Shown: in pieces, positions 21,448 to 29,598 of the stretch
How the letters are laid out: the number at the start of each line of letters is the position of its first letter
Numbering within the stretch: the stretch's first letter is position 1
DNA from: Roseburia sp.
Lineage (GTDB): Bacteria; Bacillota; Clostridia; Lachnospirales; Lachnospiraceae
NCBI GenBank assembly: GCA_017549185.1
Contig: JAFYVJ010000076.1
Coordinates: 25,048 to 89,047 of the forward strand
Reading direction: 5' to 3'
Length of the DNA: 64,000 nt
Translations under genes and position numbers: made by a program
Notes under the pieces: model-generated
Databases searched by the model: none
Seen by the model: the letters and a program-made list of their open reading frames with translations, nothing else
What the model was told of the DNA's origin: nothing

Positions 21448-22356
21448 TTATACTCTTAAATGTTTTCTTGTTGTAATGTGACTTCCAAGATATCCAATAC
21501 CTACCCCCAAAATCATACCTATTGGAAGTAATGTCTCAAACACTTGTTCTACCGTTAAGAACTGCATCATGCTTCCGATAAAACTAAAATTCTCCCCAAT
21601 ATATACAACAATTTCGCCGTATAATACATAGAGAATGCCTAGCGGAATCGCAGCTCCAATTAAGCCGATTACAACGCCTTCTACTACAAATGGTGCACGA
21701 ACAATATAATCTGTAGCACCGATTAATTTCATAATTGCAATCTCTTCTTTACGAACAGAAATACCAACCATAATTGTATTACTAATCAAGAAAATGGCAA
21801 CACCTAATAATATTAAAATAATTCCCGCAGAAATATAACCGATTAATGTATTAAAATCGGATAATGTATTGGCTACGGTCTCTGACTGATTGACCTGACG
21901 AATTCCTTCTATCGAATTCAAATAAGTAACCAATGTTTTCTGCATAGAAATATCATTCATATAAATCGAATAGCTGGCAGAATTTGCAAGAGGATTATCA
22001 TTTGCAAAACTTTCAGCTACCGCTTCGTTACCATTAAAATAAACATCTTTAAAACTTTCCCATGCTTCCTCAGGTGAAGTATACTCAATACGGGATACTT
22101 CTACCCTTGCACGAATCAAACCACCGATTTCTTCAATTTTTTCTTCTGTAATTCCCTCATCAAACAGTACTGTAACAGCAACTCCGGACTCTGCTTCCTT
22201 CACCATAGATTGGAAATTCACCACAATGATAAAGAACAAACCAAATAAAAAGATACAGGCTGTCATAGTCGCGATAGATGCAAGCGAAAACATTTTATTA
22301 CGCCAAATGCTTTTTAATCCCTGCTTTATCGTATAAAAAAATGTACTAAACCTCAT
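21448..22356 (-). CDS. ftsX: Cell division permease FtsX
   Basis: Four TM segments, LISNTI...RKEEIAIMKLIGAT...PFVVEG; follows ftsE. Confidence 0.93.
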   Translation of the reverse strand: MRFSTFFYTIKQGLKSIWRNKMFSLASIATMTACIFLFGLFFIIVVNFQSMVKEAESGVAVTVLFDEGITEEKIEEIGGLIRARVEVSRIEYTSPEEAWESFKDVYFNGNEAVAESFANDNPLANSASYSIYMNDISMQKTLVTYLNSIEGIRQVNQSETVANTLSDFNTLIGYISAGIILILLGVAIFLISNTIMVGISVRKEEIAIMKLIGATDYIVRAPFVVEGVVIGLIGAAIPLGILYVLYGEIVVYIGENFSFIGSMMQFLTVEQVFETLLPIGMILGVGIGYLGSHITTRKHLRV

Positions 22357-23029
22357 CGCCGGCACCACCCTTCTCATCACTTACCACTACACCTTTACTA
22401 ATGGTGATGACACGCTTATTCATGGCTTTCACAATCTCCATATTATGTGTTACAACAATAACTGTAGTTCCCTTGGCGTTAATCTCCTCTAATAACTTCA
22501 TCGTCTCCCATGCATTATTATTATCAAGGTTACCTGTCGGTTCGTCCGCCAGTAAAATATGTGGTTCATTAATCAATGCTCTAGCAATCGCCACACGCTG
22601 CTGCTCTCCACCAGACAACTGCTTTGGAAAAGAACGATACTTTGCGGCAAGTCCTACCATAGATAACATGGCCGGCGCATTTTTCTTAATGGCACGAGTT
22701 GACTCACCAATTACACGCTGTGCAAATGCCACGTTCTCGTACACATTTCGATCTTCTAAAAGACGAAAATCCTGAAATACCACGCCTATATTTCTACGAA
22801 ACTTTGGAACATGGCGTCTTTTCATTTTATTTAACAGGTGACCATTTACAGAAATATTACCCTCTGTCGGATCAAGTTCCTTTAACAGCAATTTGATTAA
22901 CGTAGACTTCCCGGAACCACTATCACCCACAATAAATACAAATTCACCATCTTCAATCTCAATATTTACATCATTTAATGCTGGAATTCCAGCTGCATAT
23001 GATTTACTTACGTGCTCTAAGCTAATCAT
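22346..23029 (-). CDS. ftsE: Cell division ATP-binding protein FtsE
   Basis: GDSGSGKST, VVFQDFRLL, LSGGEQQR, LADEPTGNLD; ATG 23029 follows RBS AAGGAGG. Confidence 0.95.
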   Translation of the reverse strand: MISLEHVSKSYAAGIPALNDVNIEIEDGEFVFIVGDSGSGKSTLIKLLLKELDPTEGNISVNGHLLNKMKRRHVPKFRRNIGVVFQDFRLLEDRNVYENVAFAQRVIGESTRAIKKNAPAMLSMVGLAAKYRSFPKQLSGGEQQRVAIARALINEPHILLADEPTGNLDNNNAWETMKLLEEINAKGTTVIVVTHNMEIVKAMNKRVITISKGVVVSDEKGGAGDEV

Positions 23030-23032
23030 TAT

Positions 23033-23057
23033 TCCTCCTTGTTTTACGAAGCAAAAT
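23033..23057 (-). repeat. 25-bp RBS-containing repeat, copy 2
   Basis: Identical to 17526-17550; contains the ftsE RBS. Confidence 0.8.
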
Positions 23058-23136
23058 GCAGTATTCCGATATGAAAACAACGCATTTCATATCAAAATAA
23101 TGAATTTTTAAATGGATTCGAATGAAAACACTATGA

Positions 23137-24225
23137 TTAGTAATCCAATGCTTCCATATACTTCATGTATTTTACAACCATCAAAGCAATTTTAAACGTA
23201 ATGGCATCTTCAAACACACGCAAATCCAGCCCGGTAGACTTCTGCAATTTATCCAAACGATATACTAGGGTATTTCTATGGATATAAAGCTGTCTGGATG
23301 TTTCTGAAACATTCAAACTGTTCTCAAAAAATTTATTAATGGTAGTAAGTGTCTCTTCGTCAAAATCATCTGGTGATCTACCGTCAAAAATCTCCTTAAT
23401 AAACATCTTACATAATGGTATTGGAAGTTGATAGATCAAACGTCCTATACCTAATGTAGAGTAAGCAATCACATCGTTCTCTTCGAAGAAAATCTTGCCT
23501 ACATCCAATGCCATTCTGGCTTCCTTGTACGAACGGGATACCTCCCTAATCTCACTTACAATCGTACCATATGCAACGTGTACATTTGCTACCGTATCCT
23601 GACGGAAGAGATTCACAATACTTTCTGCGGTCTTATCCAAATCCTCATAGTTTTCATTATCAGCAACTTCGCGAACCACGATGATATTTTTTTCATCTAC
23701 TGCCGTTACAAAATCCTTTGATTTGCCGCCAAAAATACTTCGAATCTTTTCCAATTCGTTACCATCTTTCTCGCGATTAGTCTCCACGATAAATACCACA
23801 CGTCGTACCTCGGTGTCAATATGCAATTTTTTCGCACGGTTATAAATATCTACTAATAATAAGTTGTCCAAAAGAAGGTTCTTAATAAAGTTATCTTTAT
23901 CAAAACGCTCTTTATATGCTACCAGAAGGTTCTGAATTTGAAAACCAGCAATTTTTCCCACCATGTATACATCGTCACTGTCCCCATTGGCCAAAAGAAT
24001 GTACTCTAACTGATGTTCATCAAAAATTTTAAAGAACTGACAGCCATTTACCACCTGGCTATCTGCTGGTGAAGACACAAATGCTAATGCCGGTTCAATA
24101 TACTTATCTGTCTCATTAAATGTCGCTGCAAGAACCTTTCCTTCCACATCTATAATACAAAGGTCAATTCTTGTAATTCCTTTTAATCCGTCAATTGTGT
24201 TCTGAAGTATCTGGTTTGATATCAT
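23137..24225 (-). CDS. PucR/CdaR family transcriptional regulator
   Basis: C-terminal HTH LNVSETSRQLYIHRNTLVYRLDKL; SYKEARMAL. Confidence 0.9.
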   Translation of the reverse strand: MISNQILQNTIDGLKGITRIDLCIIDVEGKVLAATFNETDKYIEPALAFVSSPADSQVVNGCQFFKIFDEHQLEYILLANGDSDDVYMVGKIAGFQIQNLLVAYKERFDKDNFIKNLLLDNLLLVDIYNRAKKLHIDTEVRRVVFIVETNREKDGNELEKIRSIFGGKSKDFVTAVDEKNIIVVREVADNENYEDLDKTAESIVNLFRQDTVANVHVAYGTIVSEIREVSRSYKEARMALDVGKIFFEENDVIAYSTLGIGRLIYQLPIPLCKMFIKEIFDGRSPDDFDEETLTTINKFFENSLNVSETSRQLYIHRNTLVYRLDKLQKSTGLDLRVFEDAITFKIALMVVKYMKYMEALDY

Positions 24226-24377
24226 TGTTTCGCTCCTTTTAAGTGCTCACTGGCAACTTTCACAAAAAAAATTATCTTTTTTTATCGCAAATATAAATAC
24301 CTAATCTACATTTTAATGCAAAACGCTAAAAAAATAAAGAGGAAATGCACATTTTTTTATGCATTTCCTCAATAATT

Positions 24378-25259
24378 TTATTCTTCGTTGCTATATTCTA
24401 AGAATCCCTCACCAAAAACTTCCCTTGCATCTGAAACAATTACAAAAGCATTTGGATCAACTTCTGCCACTAACTCTTTCACACCTACAATTTCTTTCTG
24501 AGATACAACACAGTAAAGCATACATTTGTCTTTTCCAGAATACATTCCTTTTGCATAAAGACCAGTCACACCTCTGTCTAAATCTGATAAAATGCGTTTC
24601 GCAATAATCTCATGCTTATCTGTAATAATAAAGGCTGCTTTTGAAAATTTAAATCCTTCCATCACCATATCGGATACTTTTGTCGAAACAATAATTGCTA
24701 TAATAGAATACAATCCTGCATAAAGTCCAAACACATACAGACCTATCAACACAATCATACCATCCAATATCTGTAAAATCTGCACAATGGAATAATGTCT
24801 TACATAATGCTGAATAATAGTCGCTACCATGTCTGTACCACCTGTTGTGGATTTCGACAACAAAATCAATCCGATGCCTAGTCCTGCAAGTGCCCCTCCA
24901 TAGATAGACGCAAGAAAATAGTCGCCTTGGGATAAATCAATCACCGGTATCACATACAACCAGGCAGACAATAAAAACGTCCCGATTGCTGTACGAAAAA
25001 TAAATGCCTTGCCCTTTACTTTATATGCCAAAACAAATACCGGAATGTTTAACAGAATATTTGTCAGCCATAACGGCAATCCCCCTGGTATAATCCCCTT
25101 TGTCATATCCTTTACAATAATTGCCAAACCAGTGAAACCACCTGTTACCAATCCAATCGGGTCAAACATACACTGAATCGCTACTGCCAGCAATCCGGTT
25201 CCTAATATAATAAATATATAACTTCTAAGTACATTTTTCTTATTTATAAAGTGCTGCAT
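24378..25259 (-). CDS. YitT family membrane protein
   Basis: GGFTGLA, NIPVF, STTGGTD, RGVT...GMYSG, DPNAF...EVFGEGF. Confidence 0.9.
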   Translation of the reverse strand: MQHFINKKNVLRSYIFIILGTGLLAVAIQCMFDPIGLVTGGFTGLAIIVKDMTKGIIPGGLPLWLTNILLNIPVFVLAYKVKGKAFIFRTAIGTFLLSAWLYVIPVIDLSQGDYFLASIYGGALAGLGIGLILLSKSTTGGTDMVATIIQHYVRHYSIVQILQILDGMIVLIGLYVFGLYAGLYSIIAIIVSTKVSDMVMEGFKFSKAAFIITDKHEIIAKRILSDLDRGVTGLYAKGMYSGKDKCMLYCVVSQKEIVGVKELVAEVDPNAFVIVSDAREVFGEGFLEYSNEE

Positions 25260-25513
25260 ATTCCTATCCCTCTCATAGTTTTCTTAGCATACAACCTAGT
25301 ATATAACACCCGTGGTAGTATAGCAGAAATAGTTTTCGTTTTCAAGATGTCTCATTCTCCTAAAATTTTCTATTTGTCAGACATTTTTTTCATTTTACAC
25401 CATTTTTTTCACTTTAGAAAAAGCAAGTCTTTTTTTTATTTTTTTCTCAAAAATGTTAACTTTATCATTTCTTCACAAAACATACATTCTGTTTTTTGTA
25501 CTATGTAAACCAC

Positions 25514-25602
25514 TTTTTCCACGTTTTATTTTGTGGATAACGTGGATAACTTCGTGTATAACTCGTTTTTTTCGATTTTTCGGGCTTTTTTAATGTGGAT
25601 AA
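25514..25602. promoter_or_regulatory. Cluster of DnaA boxes
   Basis: TGTGGATAA at 25532 and 25594 (perfect), CGTGGATAA at 25541, CGTGTATAA at 25553, plus a degenerate opposite-orientation TTTTCCACG near 25515. Confidence 0.65.
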
Positions 25603-25806
25603 CTTTTTTCTTTTTGCTTATACTTTTTTTTAAATTTCTTCCATTTTTTACATTTTTTGTGCACCTTGCATACTTGAGCCCTTTTATATCTATCAATACT
25701 TCTTTGAATTTTCAAATAGTATGTGCAAATTGTCACACAACATTACTTTTATATGAAATATTCTAAAAAATAAAAAGGAAACCTTTCGGCTTCCCTTCTA
25801 TTATCA

Positions 25807-26985
25807 TTAAAAAATTCTTCTTACACAAATAATCGATTTATAGGATGCTGGTGAAGTATACTTAATACCTTCCCTTGCATTGCTTGCATGTACAATAGTG
25901 TCATTTCCTACATAAATACCTACATGTCCACTGTAACAAATAATATCACCCGGTTGCATTGCAGATACACTAACCTCATATCCCACGTTTCTCATTGCTT
26001 TTGATGAATGTGGTAAAGACACACCAAATGCAGCGTATACTGACATAACAAAACCAGAGCAGTCTGCCCCATTCGTCAAACTGGTTCCTCCATATACATA
26101 AGGATTCCCTACGAACTGTCCTGCATAATCTACTACCGCTTGTCCATTCGAACTTCCTGCGGATGTGTAATTTTTATTACTGTCACCTGCCGCTGCTGCT
26201 GCCTCTTTTTCTGCTTTTTTTCTAGCTGCCGCTGCTGCTGCCGCTGCCTTTCTACGTGCTTCTTCCTCTTTCTTTAAACGAGCCTCCTCTTCTTCCTTCG
26301 ATTCTGCTCTTACAAAATCTGTCCAAAGTTCTACATAGGAAGTAGATACATACCCCTCGCCTTCCGAAGTGGTTACCATTACCCAACCATCCATGTACAT
26401 AGACTCATCAATTACAACAAAATCATCTCCCTCCGGAAGCATCGTAAGAATCTTCGCTTCTATAGAAGGTTCCATTCTTACATTCAGAGTCTGGGTAGTT
26501 ACCGTAGCATAACGGGTACTTACCTCTCTGGCAAGTTGCTCATCATCTACTACTACATATTCACACTTTACATATCCAGTTACACTTCCAGAAGTAATTT
26601 TATACCAACCATCTTCTGTTGTTTCTAATACGGTTGCAGCAGAGTCATCATAAAGCTTACCTAATACTTCACTCTCTGCATTTGCTTCTGCACGAACATT
26701 TACATAATTATCTACCTGTGCAATTGCAACACCTATATAAGGTGCTCTCAATTCATTTAAAACTGCTACTGTACGATTAATCTTCTCCTTGGCAATCTCC
26801 ATCATGTCCAATGCTTTTAATGTTCTTTTGGTAACAGTAACCGTAGAATCTGCTTCTGTTGCAATGATTTCTGTAGATTCCGCTACCTCTGTACTATTTG
26901 CTGCATATATATATGTAGGTACACCTGACAGAAGCATAGACACTGCCATCATCGTGCACATTGCTGATTTCCATTTTTTCATCAT
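25807..26985 (-). CDS. NlpC/P60 peptidoglycan endopeptidase with two SH3b domains
   Basis: Signal peptide, two (V/L)NVR...W SH3b repeats, PYVYGG, DCSGF, GHVGIY, HAS. Confidence 0.92.
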   Translation of the reverse strand: MMKKWKSAMCTMMAVSMLLSGVPTYIYAANSTEVAESTEIIATEADSTVTVTKRTLKALDMMEIAKEKINRTVAVLNELRAPYIGVAIAQVDNYVNVRAEANAESEVLGKLYDDSAATVLETTEDGWYKITSGSVTGYVKCEYVVVDDEQLAREVSTRYATVTTQTLNVRMEPSIEAKILTMLPEGDDFVVIDESMYMDGWVMVTTSEGEGYVSTSYVELWTDFVRAESKEEEEARLKKEEEARRKAAAAAAAARKKAEKEAAAAAGDSNKNYTSAGSSNGQAVVDYAGQFVGNPYVYGGTSLTNGADCSGFVMSVYAAFGVSLPHSSKAMRNVGYEVSVSAMQPGDIICYSGHVGIYVGNDTIVHASNAREGIKYTSPASYKSIICVRRIF

Positions 26986-27001
26986 TCGTTACTACTCCTC
27001 A

Positions 27002-27850
27002 TTAAACCTTACGAATTGCTCTCTCCGTTATCTCAACTCTACGTTCCTTATATAATCTTCCCACTGCACGCTTAAATGCATTTTTACTTAAACCAGTCTC
27101 TCTTTTAATAACTTCTGGAGATGCTTTGTCTGTAAAAGGAAGCACACCTGCAAACTCCTCAATAATCTGCATTACAAGTTCCGCATCATCTTCCATCTGG
27201 ATATATGCTTTATCACGAAGTGTTACATCTAATTTACCGTCTTCTTTTACTTTGGTAACTTTTGCTTCAATCACATCACCCACACGTAACTTACTACAGT
27301 CCTCATGTCGTGGAATCATTGCAGAATACTTGTCATCCACCGCAATAAAAGTTCCAAAATTATCACTAAATTCATAAACACGGCCATTTACGATATCTCC
27401 TTCTGTATATGGAGATTCTTTCGATAACAAATCGTACAATTTTTTCATACTGGCACACAATCTGCTACTCTTATCGATATATAAAGTTACTAATATCTCG
27501 TCGCCAGCTTCTACCTTTCTAGTCATTTCATGGAATGGTAAAAATAAATCCTTTTCTAATCCCCAGTTTAAAAACGCACCTATTTTCCCAATCTCAATTA
27601 CTTCTAATACTGCCAAACCACCAATTGTAAGTGCCGGTGTATTCGTTGTCGCAATCATACGATCTTTCGAATCTTTATACAAAAATACCTTTATTGTATC
27701 GCCAATTTTTGTGTCAGCTGGAACCTGTTTTTCCGGTAACAAAACTCGTGTCTCTGTGTTCTTTTCTTCTGCCAGATACACACCAAACGCTACACGTTTT
27801 ACTACTGTCAGTTCCTGATATTCTCCTAATTTTAACATTACATCCTCCAT
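27002..27850 (-). CDS. CvfB family S1 RNA-binding protein
   Basis: FGVYL, VFLYKDSKDR, GAFLNWGLEKDLFLP, SKNAFKRAVGRLYK. Confidence 0.9.
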   Translation of the reverse strand: MEDVMLKLGEYQELTVVKRVAFGVYLAEEKNTETRVLLPEKQVPADTKIGDTIKVFLYKDSKDRMIATTNTPALTIGGLAVLEVIEIGKIGAFLNWGLEKDLFLPFHEMTRKVEAGDEILVTLYIDKSSRLCASMKKLYDLLSKESPYTEGDIVNGRVYEFSDNFGTFIAVDDKYSAMIPRHEDCSKLRVGDVIEAKVTKVKEDGKLDVTLRDKAYIQMEDDAELVMQIIEEFAGVLPFTDKASPEVIKRETGLSKNAFKRAVGRLYKERRVEITERAIRKV

Positions 27851-27862
27851 TAAAATTACCTG

Positions 27863-28603
27863 TTATTCCGTCTCACCACTTTGCTTCACAAACTGAATCA
27901 CCGCATATGGCTTTCCTGTTTCATCATTTAAGCATACCGTAAGAGTATTCTCCTGCATATAAATCACCGGATATAAAACATCTCCCAAAACAGCTGCATT
28001 ACGATATTCTGCACGAACTCTCCCAACCTTAAAATCCTCTGGCAGATACTCCTCTGCCACCATGATATATTTTCCATTGTTCATGTGTTCGTTAGTATCT
28101 ATAAAAAAACGCTGAACCACCGCTGGCTGTTCCGCTATGCCCTCACCTTCATATTTTATCTTACGGTCAGACCACGGAAACTCGATAGGTTCCTGAATCA
28201 CTGTATCATACGCACTTGCCACCATTTCCGGAATACGAACTGGTTTCTTAGTTTCATAATTAATATATACCCATAGTGAATTGGCCATAGCAAGCATCTC
28301 ATCCTGTGCATCCGTAACATAGAAATTACGGTGTCCATAGAACCCCTTAAAAGAACAAGGAAATGTTCCTACTGAAATCTCCTGACACACCTTAGGCATG
28401 TCTCTTACAATAATCTCCCAAGAGGACAAAACCCATGCTTCTTTCCGTTCACGCAAGTAATCCATTCCTACGCCAAGTCCTTCTGATTGAAATGTACAAG
28501 TGTCCTGCAAATAATCTGTCAATGCCGCCAACGTCAGTACCTTATCTTTATTTGCTTCGCTATATCTTACTTTACTTTTAAACTGATACATATTGCTCTC
28601 CAA
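27863..28603 (-). CDS. Acyl-ACP thioesterase
   Basis: VRYSE, AWVLSSW, IDTNEHMNNGKY. Confidence 0.88.
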   Translation of the reverse strand: MESNMYQFKSKVRYSEANKDKVLTLAALTDYLQDTCTFQSEGLGVGMDYLRERKEAWVLSSWEIIVRDMPKVCQEISVGTFPCSFKGFYGHRNFYVTDAQDEMLAMANSLWVYINYETKKPVRIPEMVASAYDTVIQEPIEFPWSDRKIKYEGEGIAEQPAVVQRFFIDTNEHMNNGKYIMVAEEYLPEDFKVGRVRAEYRNAAVLGDVLYPVIYMQENTLTVCLNDETGKPYAVIQFVKQSGETE

Positions 28604-28611
28604 AATAAAGA

Positions 28612-28642
28612 AAAAAATAGCACCACATAAGTGGTGCTTTTT
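28612..28642 (-). terminator. Terminator downstream of tRNA-Gln
   Basis: AGCACCAC-ATAA-GTGGTGCT with A/T tails. Confidence 0.7.
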
Positions 28643-28644
28643 AG

Positions 28645-28716
28645 CAGGGCTACAAGGATTCGAACCTTGAAATGACGGAGTCAGAGTCCGTTGCCTTACC
28701 GTTTGGCGATAGCCCT
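28645..28716 (-). tRNA. tRNA-Gln (CTG)
   Basis: AGGGCTA/TAGCCCT acceptor stem, ACGGA-CTCTGAC-TCCGT anticodon arm, GGTTCGAATCC T arm; CCA not encoded. Confidence 0.95.
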
Positions 28717-28757
28717 ATATTTATGTCGTTCAGCTCATCTCGCCGTCAACAATAGCT

Positions 28758-28786
28758 ATTATATAGGGTCTTATAAAAAAAGTCAA
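28758..28786 (-). promoter_or_regulatory. sigma-A promoter of tRNA-Gln
   Basis: TTGACT-17 nt-TATAAT on the minus strand. Confidence 0.75.
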
Positions 28787-29433
28787 GTGTTTTTTTCAAA
28801 AATTTTTAATTCTTTTTCAATTAGAGCATATAAAACCTCGTCACCCCAGGAAATACGGGCATTTCCGCTCGTTGCTTCTATTATATCTTTCTCTATTTTT
28901 GACTGAATTTCACTCGGAACCATGACAATAATCTCTACCTGATCGGTATAAATAGTATCTATGGTAGTCAAATTTTCTTTTCCAATCAGATATTGAATTT
29001 TACCAAGACCAACGTAATCTGTCCCGATTGTCAATTTTCTGCCCGGAAGCTTATCAATGATAACACTGTCTGCTAACCCTTCCTGTGTTGCCTTTTGATA
29101 AGCTCTCACCAAACCTCCTGTACCAAGCAGTGTTCCGCCAAAATATCGAGTCACCACCACTGCCACATTATGAATATCTTCCTTCAACAAGACATCTAAC
29201 ATCGGACGTCCCGCTGTTTGTGCCGGTTCTCCATCATCCGAGCAACGACTAATTTCATGATGATCTCCTATTACGAACGCAGAACAGTTATGTCTGGCAT
29301 CCCAATACTTCTTTTTCATTTCATTGATAAATGCCACCGCCTCTTCTTCAGACTGAATCGGACGTACCGTTGCAATAAATCTGGATTTCTTTTCAACGAT
29401 TTCTCCTTCACCACCACTGTATACTGTCTTCAT
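28783..29433 (-). CDS. YigZ/IMPACT family protein
   Basis: EKKSRFIA, ARHNCSA, SDDGEP..TAG.PML, VVTRYFGGTLLGTGGLVRAY. Confidence 0.93.
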   Translation of the reverse strand: MKTVYSGGEGEIVEKKSRFIATVRPIQSEEEAVAFINEMKKKYWDARHNCSAFVIGDHHEISRCSDDGEPAQTAGRPMLDVLLKEDIHNVAVVVTRYFGGTLLGTGGLVRAYQKATQEGLADSVIIDKLPGRKLTIGTDYVGLGKIQYLIGKENLTTIDTIYTDQVEIIVMVPSEIQSKIEKDIIEATSGNARISWGDEVLYALIEKELKIFEKNT

Positions 29434-29598
29434 AATATTTATAATCCCCTTCTTTTCAATAATTTTAACAAAATCTTAAACATTTCCAACTATACTTTCT
29501 ACTTTATTATAGCACAAATATTTGGTATAATATAGTGATAGTATCTTTTAATAAAGAAAATACACTAATTTTAATATTATAGAAAGGTATGGTATTTT

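Noticed and set aside
25260-25806. oriC, or the short ORFs 25251-25508 and 25533-25766
   Set aside because: There is no dnaA/dnaN context and no strand-bias switch. The ORFs are Phe-rich products of T-rich low-complexity DNA without an RBS.
26185-26300. GCT/GCC triplet repeats as a tandem repeat locus
   Set aside because: They encode the Ala/Lys/Glu-rich linker of the NlpC/P60 protein.
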